DNA of 64,000 nucleotides from Candidatus Latescibacterota bacterium (lineage in GTDB: Bacteria; Latescibacterota; MWCZ01): NCBI GenBank assembly GCA_022706085.1, contig JAKJDF010000003.1:338879-402878 (forward strand), read 5' to 3'. Positions 49,649-58,635 of the stretch are shown in pieces. Numbering within the stretch: position 1 is the first letter of the stretch; every line of letters starts with the position of its first letter. Below the pieces are notes generated by a model, which saw only the letters and a list, made by a program, of their open reading frames with translations, was not told the origin of the DNA and searched no databases. The translations under genes were made by a program, and so were the position numbers.

Positions 49649-50830
49649 TCAATCGAAATGGTCAATTTCGACCAACACTTTTCCGTTCAATTCGATCCGT
49701 ACAGGTTGCAGGTATTCCTTCGCAGCGCTTACGTCCAGTTCCATCCCGAGTCCCGTGGCTCGCGGCAGGCGAACCAGCCCATCCGAACCTGGAACCAACG
49801 GTGCGGCCACGAGGCGCTTTGCAAGGTCCGACGCGGCAGCAGGGAACTCGAGATACCGGAACATGGATTCGCCAGCGAAGACATGGAACGATGCCGCGAG
49901 CGAAAGATGCGATTTGAACGTATGGTTCACATAGATCGCACCGTGATTTCTGGTAAGTACCGCGACATCCCTCGCCGGAGTCAATCCGCCGATGCGTCCC
50001 ACGTCAATCTGGAGGAAGTCCACCTTTCCGTTGCAGAGGATATCCTGAGCCGTTCGGAAGCGCGCCGCACCTTCGCCCGCAGCTATGGGTACCGGGGGAT
50101 TCAGCGCTTTCAACTTGCCGTATTCGTCTACCGCGTCCGGAAGGAGAGGCTCTTCCAGCCAGGTAGGCCGGAACGGTGAGAACGCGAGAGCTCTGGCGTA
50201 TGCGGTTTCGTAATCAGTTCCCCAGGCGACTCCGGCGTCGATCATGATTTCCGCTTCTTCACCCATACCTTCGCGCGCGGCGGCTACCAGGTCTACGTCG
50301 AAATCCGCACCGTGTTTCCCCATCGGTCCCCAGCCGAATTTCGCGGCACGGAAGCCCAGTCTTCTCAATCCCCTCGCGCGTTCGAGGGTCTCCTGTGGTG
50401 TATCTGCGAACAAAACGGACGCGTAGGGGAGCTTTGGATACGCGATTGCGCTTCCGAGCAGGTGATACACCGGCTCGTCCAACTGTTTCCCGAGCGCATC
50501 CCACATCGCAATGTCGGCCGCGCTGTACGCGTGATCGATCTGTTCGATGTCAAGTCCCTGCCTGCGGACCTTCTGATACAACCTTCTGACATCTTCCGGC
50601 GTGTCGAGCCGCTCCCCGAGCAAAGATTCCCTGATGTTGATGATGTTCCCGTGCGACATCGGGCAGTAATACGCAGCGAGGCTCACCAGGGGAGACGCGT
50701 CGGATTCCCCCCAACCCGTCACCCCGGTGTTCGTTCGGATGCGCACAAGAAAAGTATCCTGCGTTCCATCGGCCGCGTCGGTAATATGGGGCATTGCGAG
50801 AATAAACGCGTCAACGTCCGTAATCAGCAT
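49649..50830 (-). CDS. enolase-superfamily (mandelate racemase / muconate lactonizing enzyme family) sugar-acid dehydratase
   Basis: MR/MLE N-terminal capping domain and barrel with metal ligands (IDAG..., EEP, ...DVG). ATG at 50830; the track ORF extends 45 codons further to a non-ATG start. Confidence 0.75.
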   Translation of the reverse strand: MLITDVDAFILAMPHITDAADGTQDTFLVRIRTNTGVTGWGESDASPLVSLAAYYCPMSHGNIINIRESLLGERLDTPEDVRRLYQKVRRQGLDIEQIDHAYSAADIAMWDALGKQLDEPVYHLLGSAIAYPKLPYASVLFADTPQETLERARGLRRLGFRAAKFGWGPMGKHGADFDVDLVAAAREGMGEEAEIMIDAGVAWGTDYETAYARALAFSPFRPTWLEEPLLPDAVDEYGKLKALNPPVPIAAGEGAARFRTAQDILCNGKVDFLQIDVGRIGGLTPARDVAVLTRNHGAIYVNHTFKSHLSLAASFHVFAGESMFRYLEFPAAASDLAKRLVAAPLVPGSDGLVRLPRATGLGMELDVSAAKEYLQPVRIELNGKVLVEIDHFD

Positions 50831-50832
50831 CG

Positions 50833-52143
50833 TCAACCTTTCGAACTGGTCGTGTTGCCGTAATAGCCGGCCTTCTCGTACGACTCGTCCAGAAGTTCGA
50901 TCACGTGAGCGACGGAAACGTCCATACCTGCTTGACGGACGCCTGCCTGGATCTGCATCTGGCATCCCGGATTAGCCGTCACCAATGTTTCAGCGCCGGT
51001 TTCGAACAACGCGCTCAATTTGCGCTGTAACACTTCTTCGGCGATATCGGCGTGGGTGAGATTGTATATGCCTCCGGAGGCACAACATCGATCGGCTCCG
51101 CGCAAGGGTCTGAAATCGAGGTCTGGAACTCCTTTGAGGACGTCCAACGGGGCAGTTTTCACCTTTTGGGCGTGGTACAGGTGGCACGGTGCGTCGTATG
51201 TGACTTTGCGTCGAATTGGCGCGCCTTTGACGACCCCCGTTCGGGCAAGCAGCTCGGTCACATCGCATACGCGAGATGCAAATCTGTGGGCGCGCGCAGC
51301 GTAGCGGGGGTCGTCTTTCAACAACTCCCCGTATTCTTTCATCAAAGCCGCGCAACCTGCCGCGTTCACAACGATGGGAGTGTCGTTGCTATCCTCCAGA
51401 GAATCGATGTTTTTCCTCGCCAGTTCCCTGGCAGCATCTACGAAACCGCTGTGGTCATGGAGAGAGCCGCAACAGGTCTGTGCCTGAGGAACCGTAACCC
51501 GAAAACCGTTCACCGCGAGGACGCGTGTGGTAGCCTGATTGACGTTTTTGAAGAGCTCATCCATCACGCATCCGCGGAACTGCACGACAGCTCCTCTTTC
51601 AGGAGCTTGCGGTGAAACGGGTGCGAATTCTCCTTTGCGGGGCGGCGGAGGCAGCATTTCAAGTCCCAGGCGGACGATTGATGGCAACCACCGCCACCAG
51701 CCGTTCGAAGGGCGCAGATGCCGGATTACACGCATCGGGTATACCGCCGGTCTGAGCAGAGAACGGCGGGGCAGAAGGTAAAGACCCATCCATCGCAACG
51801 CGCGCGCAAGCCACCCCATGTCCGACGCGCCCAGCCGTCGCAGATCGTGCCGCGCGGCCTCCATTATGGTTCCATAGCGCACGCCCGAAGGGCAGGCTGT
51901 CTCGCACGCGCGGCAGACGATGCACGATTCGATGTGGCGGGTGTATGCCTCATCGGGTGTGATTCTGCCCTCTGCTGCTGCCCGCATGAGGTAGAGCCTT
52001 CCGCGGGGAGAATCGTTTTCGTCTCCGAGAACGCTGTACGTGGGGCAATGGGGAAGACAGAAGCCGCAATGAACGCACGCGAGGAGATTATTCTCCTGTT
52101 TCTTCACGGCGTCTGGCAACAGACGTTTTCGTTTTCCAAACAC
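50833..52143 (-). CDS. glcF: glycolate-oxidase-type iron-sulfur subunit (GlcF-like, 2x4Fe-4S + CCG domains)
   Basis: CVHCGFCLPHCP and CIVCRACETACP ferredoxin motifs, C-terminal CCG-type Cys clusters (CCGS..., CCASGG). GTG start with GGAAG RBS. Confidence 0.75.
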   Translation of the reverse strand: MFGKRKRLLPDAVKKQENNLLACVHCGFCLPHCPTYSVLGDENDSPRGRLYLMRAAAEGRITPDEAYTRHIESCIVCRACETACPSGVRYGTIMEAARHDLRRLGASDMGWLARALRWMGLYLLPRRSLLRPAVYPMRVIRHLRPSNGWWRWLPSIVRLGLEMLPPPPRKGEFAPVSPQAPERGAVVQFRGCVMDELFKNVNQATTRVLAVNGFRVTVPQAQTCCGSLHDHSGFVDAARELARKNIDSLEDSNDTPIVVNAAGCAALMKEYGELLKDDPRYAARAHRFASRVCDVTELLARTGVVKGAPIRRKVTYDAPCHLYHAQKVKTAPLDVLKGVPDLDFRPLRGADRCCASGGIYNLTHADIAEEVLQRKLSALFETGAETLVTANPGCQMQIQAGVRQAGMDVSVAHVIELLDESYEKAGYYGNTTSSKG

Positions 52144-52161
52144 GGTTACTTCCAGGCTGCT

Positions 52162-53487
52162 TCAGATTCCTTCCGCGAATCTGCCGGGATTGAGCACCCC
52201 GGAAGGATCGAAGGCTTGTTTCATTCCCTTCATGAGCGAGGCGGCCGTACCGGTCGGCCCCCACACGTCGATGTGCTCTTTCCATCCGGTTGGCAACTTC
52301 TGCAGGATGAGCGAACCGCCCGACGACACCACTTGCAGGCGGATTTCTGAGAGCGCGGGCAGAAGTGCTTGCATCACGGTCGCGTCGCAGGGGGTTTCCA
52401 CCATCAGCGTCGCGCACCCGACGCCAGCGGATGCCGAAAAGTATACGCATTCGGCGGCGTGTCGCAGCGTGTCGGCAACCATCGAGAGAAAAAGTGGAAG
52501 CCGCGACGGAACGGTGTTCAGGCGGACAACAATCGGAAATCCCAACGGAAGGTCTGAGACCATCTGCCAGAAAGCGCTCGCTGTCTGCGCGGGGACGGGC
52601 GCACGCACGCTCAATTCCAATTCCGAGGCGATCCTTTCCATCTGCATTGTCTGCACGCGCACATCGGCCTCTTCGCCCGCGACCCGGACGCAAAGGCACT
52701 GATCTGGCAGGTCGCCTTCCAGGCCCACTTTTCTGAGCGCGTTCTCTGATACGATCTCCAATGAAACCGGATTGACGTTCCTCGCCATCATGCATTCGGC
52801 CGTCTTCCAGACCCGATCGATCTCGTCCGATCCACACACCAATGTCATTTCCGTGGCCGGTTTCGGGTAGACCTTCAGACTTACTTGAGTTATGATCCCC
52901 AGCGTGCCGTATGAACCGGTGAAGAGACGAGTGAGATCATATCCCGCAACGTTCTTGACAACCTTCCCGCCGCTTTGGATGAGCTTCCCGTCGGGCGTGG
53001 CGATCTGGAGGCCAAGGATCCAATCCCGCGGTTGACCGTAACCAAGGCGCAGCGTTCCCGTCTGCGCGGTGGCAACTATTCCGCCGATTGTGCGGCTGCT
53101 GGCACCCGGGGGATCGAGAGGCAGGATCTGACCGTGCTCACCAAACACCCTGTTCAGGTTGGAGAGGAGACAACCGCTCTGAACAGTGGCCGTGAGATCG
53201 GCTGGCTCGTACTCCTCGAATGCGTTGAGGCGGGCCGTGGAAAGCCAGATGTCTCCCCTGCGGGGCGGGTTACCAATCGAGATTGCAGAACCAGAGCCGA
53301 TGGGAAGCACTGCCAGCCGTTCCCGCGCGGCAAGTTCCAGCACGGCGGCAACTTGCTGAGAATTGGCCGGTTTGACGAGGTATCTCGGCCGCACACCATC
53401 CAATGACGCCCATTCGACGGGCACTTCCGTGACAAAATCGTCGCCGGTAATCCGCGCAAGAGGAGTTCTCATTCCCGTTACCGTCAA
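52162..53487 (-). CDS. glcE: FAD-binding oxidase subunit (GlcE-like)
   Basis: FAD_binding_4 block (AVLPIGSGSAISIG), GlcE-like length. TTG at 53487, or ATG at 53472. Confidence 0.7.
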   Translation of the reverse strand: MTVTGMRTPLARITGDDFVTEVPVEWASLDGVRPRYLVKPANSQQVAAVLELAARERLAVLPIGSGSAISIGNPPRRGDIWLSTARLNAFEEYEPADLTATVQSGCLLSNLNRVFGEHGQILPLDPPGASSRTIGGIVATAQTGTLRLGYGQPRDWILGLQIATPDGKLIQSGGKVVKNVAGYDLTRLFTGSYGTLGIITQVSLKVYPKPATEMTLVCGSDEIDRVWKTAECMMARNVNPVSLEIVSENALRKVGLEGDLPDQCLCVRVAGEEADVRVQTMQMERIASELELSVRAPVPAQTASAFWQMVSDLPLGFPIVVRLNTVPSRLPLFLSMVADTLRHAAECVYFSASAGVGCATLMVETPCDATVMQALLPALSEIRLQVVSSGGSLILQKLPTGWKEHIDVWGPTGTAASLMKGMKQAFDPSGVLNPGRFAEGI

Positions 53488-53509
53488 TCCAGTGATGCCG
53501 TCAGTGTCG

Positions 53510-53836
53510 TCAGTAGCGTTTCATTGCCGGTTCAACGGCCGTGCACCAGCTGTCGATGCCACCTTCCAGGCTGATGACGTTTCTAACACCGTGCGCGATT
53601 GCCATGGCGCAGGCCTGGCGACTGCGCCCTCCGTGGTGGCAATGGAAGACGTACTCCTTGTCGGGCTCAAGAGCGTCTATCCACCCTGAAATCTGGCTCA
53701 AAGGGCGGAGAAGGGCTCCTTCGATGTGGCAAATGTCCCACTCGTTCTGCTCGCGGACGTCTACCAGAACGAAGTCCTTTCCGTTTTCGAGCAATTCCTT
53801 CAATTGAGCGGGCGTAATTGTCCTGATCTCCGCCAT
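53510..53836 (-). CDS. rhodanese-domain sulfurtransferase
   Basis: Single rhodanese domain with active-site FHCHHGGRS. GAGGAAAGG RBS before the ATG at 53836. Confidence 0.75.
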   Translation of the reverse strand: MAEIRTITPAQLKELLENGKDFVLVDVREQNEWDICHIEGALLRPLSQISGWIDALEPDKEYVFHCHHGGRSRQACAMAIAHGVRNVISLEGGIDSWCTAVEPAMKRY

Positions 53837-53971
53837 GCCTTTCCTCGTGGAAAGTTTTCGATCGAAAGGGACAAACCAAAGGTACATGCGCTCAGCAGGG
53901 ATTCCTAGGCCGCAGCACCTCGCGCGGGGTTGTTTGCCACTGTTTCGTGTCGTCGGTAAATTCTGAACATT

Positions 53972-53986
53972 GTCCCGAGTCGGGAC
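53972..53986. promoter_or_regulatory. perfect 7-1-7 palindrome GTCCCGA-G-TCGGGAC in a divergent intergenic region (candidate operator)
   Basis: Seen directly. Lies between the rhodanese operon start and the PmoA-like gene start. Followed by a T5 run but the stem/loop is poor for a terminator. Confidence 0.3.
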
Positions 53987-54038
53987 ACCCAGGTTTTTGC
54001 CGATTCAGTAATCCGCCTCACGTGCAGGAGCGTGCTCC

Positions 54039-55223
54039 ATGGAAACAGCAAAAGTGACGATATCGGCCGGTCCACACGACCGACATTTTGTTCCAATTCG
54101 AACTCGTATCCCCGTGCCGCCGGGTGCCCGTTCGGTGGTCCTCGCGCCATACATGGCGAACCCTCCCAAAAAAGGGTACATCCCCGCGCCTGCTATGGTG
54201 GCGCAACTTGGCGAACGAGGAGCGGACGGGACAGCAGAAGTGACGTTCATTCTGCCCTATCTGGCGAGGAATGCCGCCGCGACATTCCAGATCACTTTTC
54301 TGCCCTCACAAGCCGACGAAAAAGCGATTCTTGCGCCGCAACCCGACGGCGACATTGAGATTACTATCTCTGGCACTCGCCTCGGCCGTTACCACGCTGA
54401 CAAGAAATGGGCGAGGCCTTTCCTGCATCCGGTGATGGGGCCGTTCGGGCATTCCGTTACCCGAGGGTGGCCTGTGGAACCTCGTGAGAACGAATCGCAG
54501 GATCACCATCATCATAAATCGTTGTGGGTCGCGCACGGGAGTGTGAACGGCGTTGACAACTGGTCGGAGGAGACGGGACACGGGAAACAGATTCAGAAAC
54601 AGGTGCTGAGCCGCCAGAGCGGACCGGTGTTCGGCGTGCTGGAAACGGTGAATGACTGGGTTGACAACTCCGGCAAGAAGGTGTGCGAAGACCGACGGAA
54701 ATGGTGCTTCTGGGCGATGCCGCAAGGCCTGCGCATGGTTGATCTCGAAGTTGAGTTCCGTGCCAGCGAGGGTCCCGTCGTATTCGGCGACACGAAGGAA
54801 GGCGGTATCATCGCCGTCCGGGTTGCGACGTGCATGGATGTTCCCCGAACGGGGCGTATTACGAATGCTGATGGCGGGACAAACGAACCGGAGACATGGG
54901 GCAAGAGGTCGCCCTGGTGCGATTACTCCGGTCTCGACGAAGGCGGGAATGAGGTTGGGATCGCACTTTTCAATCATCCCAAAAGCTTTCGGTATCCAAC
55001 CTACTGGCACGTTCGTAATTATGGCCTGATGACTGCCAATCCGTTCGGGTTGAGCGAATTCTACGGCGACAAATCCCGCAACGGTTCCCACACTCTGGGC
55101 GCGGGTGAAACGCTTGTGTTCGCGTACCGGGTGTACGTGCACGCGGGCGACGTGGTGGGCGGGCAGGTGGCCGACGCGTTTCACGGCTACATTAATCCCC
55201 CGTCCGTCAGCGTGGTTCCCTGA
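54039..55223 (+). CDS. PmoA-family (DUF6807-like) protein
   Basis: DHHHHKSLWVAHGSVNGVDNW block resembles the PmoA/DUF6807 family. AGGAG RBS. Confidence 0.45.
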   Translation: METAKVTISAGPHDRHFVPIRTRIPVPPGARSVVLAPYMANPPKKGYIPAPAMVAQLGERGADGTAEVTFILPYLARNAAATFQITFLPSQADEKAILAPQPDGDIEITISGTRLGRYHADKKWARPFLHPVMGPFGHSVTRGWPVEPRENESQDHHHHKSLWVAHGSVNGVDNWSEETGHGKQIQKQVLSRQSGPVFGVLETVNDWVDNSGKKVCEDRRKWCFWAMPQGLRMVDLEVEFRASEGPVVFGDTKEGGIIAVRVATCMDVPRTGRITNADGGTNEPETWGKRSPWCDYSGLDEGGNEVGIALFNHPKSFRYPTYWHVRNYGLMTANPFGLSEFYGDKSRNGSHTLGAGETLVFAYRVYVHAGDVVGGQVADAFHGYINPPSVSVVP

Positions 55224-55325
55224 GAGAGGCGAACTGAACCAATGGAGAGAAGCCGGTGACGAGGAGTCCAGGGCGCAAGGCTTGACCTGAACATCCTTTT
55301 CGGTTACACTCAACTGCACATTTTC

Positions 55326-55362
55326 CTGCACCGACTCTGCCCGTCGGTGCAGGTTTTGTTTT
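55326..55362 (+). terminator. rho-independent terminator
   Basis: CTGCACCGAC-TCTGCCC-GTCGGTGCAG hairpin followed by GTTTTGTTTT, about 100 nt after the PmoA-like stop. Confidence 0.75.
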
Positions 55363-55425
55363 ACGTTTCCAAACGGGCAGCCGCGGAAAGGCGGGCAGAG
55401 TGGCCATAATCAGGGAGTTCGTTTG

Positions 55426-55911
55426 ATGAACAGCATCTATATGACCCGGGAAGGACGAGCCAAGCTGGAAGAAGAGTTACGCTTTCTCAAAGTCGAAGAA
55501 CGTCCCCGGATCAAGCGCCAGATTGTGGAAGCCCGGGAGAAAGGCGACCTTACCGAAAATGCAGAGTACGACGCTGCGAAGGAGGAGCAGGGACGCCTGG
55601 AAGCGAAGATCGCGAAACTCCAGGATCAGCTTTCCCGCGCGATCGTCCTTGACGATCAGAGTTTGCCTGAGGGTAAGGCGCACATCGGGCGTCGGGTGGA
55701 TCTGGAGGACCTGAACACCGGTAAACGGTTCAGTTACACACTCGTATCCGAGGCGGAAAGCGACTTCGCGTCGGGGAAAATATCCACGGGCTCGCCAGTG
55801 GGGAAGGGGCTTGTGGGACATGGGGCCGGGGAGGAGGTTACGGTTCAAGTGCCTGCGGGGACAAAGCGATTCCGCATCCTCCGCGTTGTTTCCTCGGCAG
55901 ATGCGCAATAG
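55426..55911 (+). CDS. greA: transcription elongation factor GreA
   Basis: MTREGRAKLEEEL..., coiled-coil N-domain, FKBP-like C-domain. AGGGAG RBS. Confidence 0.9.
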   Translation: MNSIYMTREGRAKLEEELRFLKVEERPRIKRQIVEAREKGDLTENAEYDAAKEEQGRLEAKIAKLQDQLSRAIVLDDQSLPEGKAHIGRRVDLEDLNTGKRFSYTLVSEAESDFASGKISTGSPVGKGLVGHGAGEEVTVQVPAGTKRFRILRVVSSADAQ

Positions 55912-55944
55912 GGTTGCGCTCGTTGGTCAGTGACGCTGCTTAAC

Positions 55945-56364
55945 CTACTGAGATTCTTTCCCAACCGGGGCGAGTCTGCACTCGCCGGGCAGATATCGGT
56001 ATCTGCCGCCGGCCGGTCCCAGATAATCGCCGTTCTCTTTGCGCCATGCAGCAGCGACGCGAAATTCGTGGGACAGAGCAGAGAAAAGCGAACACGTTTC
56101 CGTGGTTGATCCGTCCGGACAGTCATCGAGGCGCTCCGGACACCTCACAAAAAGCCCTGGTTCACCGCTCAAAGCGTAGTTCAGCTGCGTGACGTCGCCC
56201 GTTTCCTCGGCGACAAGTTGACGGAATGTCCATTCCCTGTACCGCGGGAAGGCCTGCCATATAACCCCGGCGGAGACTGCCACCAGAACCACTGCCTCGA
56301 CGGGCGTCAGCGCGAACCATCCCAGAACCCAGCGCAGCCGGAACAAACGCCTCCTCTCGATCAT
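55945..56364 (-). CDS. hypothetical membrane protein
   Basis: One TM helix (WVLGWFALTPVEAVVLVAVSAGVIW); ATG at 56364; no family. Confidence 0.35.
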   Translation of the reverse strand: MIERRRLFRLRWVLGWFALTPVEAVVLVAVSAGVIWQAFPRYREWTFRQLVAEETGDVTQLNYALSGEPGLFVRCPERLDDCPDGSTTETCSLFSALSHEFRVAAAWRKENGDYLGPAGGRYRYLPGECRLAPVGKESQ

Positions 56365-56369
56365 TCGAT

Positions 56370-57230
56370 TCAAAGAGCGAGGATCTTCGTGCACAGGGCC
56401 TCGGTATTGATGATGGCCCTTGAGTCAAGAAGAACGCCTGGCAGCCTCGGTATGTCCTTCTGGACGTCACTTCGGCCGACCTCGAGAGGAACCGAGACGA
56501 ACCACTGCTGGAGTCTGTACTGCGCGTAGAGCCGGTATTTCCCCGGGGGGACATCGGAGAACGAGAACCTGCCATCGAGCCCCACCGGCGCGGCCATTAC
56601 GCGCTTGGGCGTGGCGGAACCGTTGGCGCCGGCGAACATGATTCGCTTTTGCTCCGCCCGGACCGCCCGGAGGCTGTCCATCGATGTCTGAAGTCGTCGG
56701 TGGATTGCCTCAGCTGAGTCCCGAAGCTCGTCCTTGAGCTTGTCCAACCCGGCGGCCAACTCCGGTGCAGTTGCGGGCCTGCATTCGACGACAATTCCTT
56801 GGAAAATGGAGTCAAACGGCGTCAGAGCAGTGATCTCACGACGGGGCGGCAGGGTGACTGAAGTCGGGATCTGCCCCCGGTTCAAGACGTTGATCTTCTC
56901 GCGAAGTACTCCCAGTTGGATGAGAGCGGGTAGCTGTCTACGGAGGAATTCCACGTCCTTGCCAAGAAGCGCGAGAGTTACAAGCCGTTCGCGTTCTTTC
57001 AGATCGTATTCCAATTCGGGTGAATCGTGAACGAGCCACACCTCTCCCCATTGGGCGTTCCCCTGCAGGCCGGGAGGAACATACATCGTTCCCTGGACAC
57101 GGGCGCGCCGGGTGCCGCACGAAGAAAACAGCAATATGCCGACAAGCGCCGCCATGCATGCACACGCAATGTGCGGTATGCGGGTTTCACCATACGCCGC
57201 ATTCGAGCATCGTTTTTCGAATCGCGCCAT
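56370..57230 (-). CDS. hypothetical lipoprotein with carboxypeptidase-regulatory-like C-terminus
   Basis: Lipobox (LLFSSC), C-terminal RFSFSDVPPGKYRLYAQ beta-sandwich-like block. Start ambiguous (ATG 57230, ATG 57155, or GTG 57251). Confidence 0.45.
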   Translation of the reverse strand: MARFEKRCSNAAYGETRIPHIACACMAALVGILLFSSCGTRRARVQGTMYVPPGLQGNAQWGEVWLVHDSPELEYDLKERERLVTLALLGKDVEFLRRQLPALIQLGVLREKINVLNRGQIPTSVTLPPRREITALTPFDSIFQGIVVECRPATAPELAAGLDKLKDELRDSAEAIHRRLQTSMDSLRAVRAEQKRIMFAGANGSATPKRVMAAPVGLDGRFSFSDVPPGKYRLYAQYRLQQWFVSVPLEVGRSDVQKDIPRLPGVLLDSRAIINTEALCTKILAL

Positions 57231-57319
57231 AGCGAATCTCCTGACGAGCACTGATGTCTTACGCTGAAGCGGCTTGCAGGCCGCTGGTTTTCAATTGCAG
57301 TCCAAATTCCTCTGTGTTC

Positions 57320-57880
57320 TCAATCCCCGCGTGTGGCTTTCGCAGGTCCGCCGCTGATACGCGCCAGCAAACGGCCAAAAAAGCCGTCAGCGGCAAGATG
57401 ACTGAAAAGCCCCACGATGGCCGCGAGGTAAAAAGGCAACCCCGCCGAAATCTTTCCGAAATCTGGCGTCCGCAACCACCGCCCGTCGTCCGAAACATAC
57501 AGAGGTAACAGAACGATCGGAAGAGGAACCAGCACGGCGGCCCACACCTTGTGCGTCCACCCCCTGTGGTTTCCAAGCGCGGGCAGAATCCCGACGAGCC
57601 CAATTACCGCGGCCATTTTCCACTGGCTGCGCGCGATACTGTATAACGAGAAAGCGAGCAGCACGCGGTAAAATACTTTCCTCCCGCGGCTGGCGGTGTC
57701 GACGTCGGGCCAAAGTGCCGCCAGCACTGCCACGGCAAGCTGAGCGACGAACCCCCAGCCGCTCAGGACGAACCACCCGCCGCGGTTACCAACCAACCGA
57801 GGCAGAAGCAGAGAAGTCGCGACCGCGAGAATCAGGAACCATACGACTCCGGCAACCACATGCCCACGGAATTCGCTCAC
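57320..57880 (-). CDS. membrane-bound metal-dependent hydrolase (YdjM/DUF457-like)
   Basis: RGH...HRGWTH His motifs, 4-5 TM segments. GTG start. Confidence 0.5.
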   Translation of the reverse strand: MSEFRGHVVAGVVWFLILAVATSLLLPRLVGNRGGWFVLSGWGFVAQLAVAVLAALWPDVDTASRGRKVFYRVLLAFSLYSIARSQWKMAAVIGLVGILPALGNHRGWTHKVWAAVLVPLPIVLLPLYVSDDGRWLRTPDFGKISAGLPFYLAAIVGLFSHLAADGFFGRLLARISGGPAKATRGD

Positions 57881-57966
57881 GGCAATCCCCGGGTGCGTCT
57901 CGGAAGCTCTGTCGGCACCCTCAACGAAGCAATGTACATCGTTTTCCCGCCTTCACGCAAATATGG

Positions 57967-58620
57967 TCAGGGCGTGCGCTCCCCACGTACCGGCCGACAT
58001 AACGCCAACGGGAGCGACACAATCACGGCGAGCATGGCAGCTGGGTGCCAATATGGCAGATCCAGCAGGCACGAGACGAGCGCCACGTCAGCGCACGCGA
58101 CGAACACGGAGATAAGCCAAACGACTCCGAGCAGCGAACCACGGGTCGATACAGCAAGAAGAGGCAGGACCACAAGCGCGTACGGAGCGGGAGCCAGCGC
58201 AAAAGCCTGAAACGCGGGGTAGGTGCGCCCGCCCAACCACTCGACTGCGGGGAATCCGACTCCCGCTGCACAGAAGGCCAGAACTGCCGCGAGAGGCCAG
58301 CCGGAACGGGGGAGGCGAATCCGTGTTCTGCCGAGGATGGTGTCTGCAAATCCGAGCGCGCTCGAAAGCAGGAACACCGCGCCCCAGAAGAGGATGATTT
58401 CGTGGTTCTCGCCAGCGTGTCTTCCGAGGGTTGGGTAAAAAAACAACCCTGTTGTGAGAGCAGAGCTTGCGAACACTGCTTTCAGTGCCGTGCTGGCCCA
58501 CGGTGCGCCCCGAATGAGGTCCACCAGGGACCAGACAAAGGCAAGCGTGAGAACGGCTCGCGTGCCTTGATAGGAGTCATTGAGGTTCGCGAGGAACTCC
58601 GCGTACGTGCTTTCGGACAT
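57967..58620 (-). CDS. hypothetical polytopic membrane protein
   Basis: ATG ORF, 6-7 hydrophobic helices, no family. Confidence 0.4.
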   Translation of the reverse strand: MSESTYAEFLANLNDSYQGTRAVLTLAFVWSLVDLIRGAPWASTALKAVFASSALTTGLFFYPTLGRHAGENHEIILFWGAVFLLSSALGFADTILGRTRIRLPRSGWPLAAVLAFCAAGVGFPAVEWLGGRTYPAFQAFALAPAPYALVVLPLLAVSTRGSLLGVVWLISVFVACADVALVSCLLDLPYWHPAAMLAVIVSLPLALCRPVRGERTP

Positions 58621-58635
58621 GCGCGCGTGCCTGAA

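Noticed and set aside
54306-55331. 341-aa minus-strand ORF
   Set aside because: Antisense to the PmoA-like gene.
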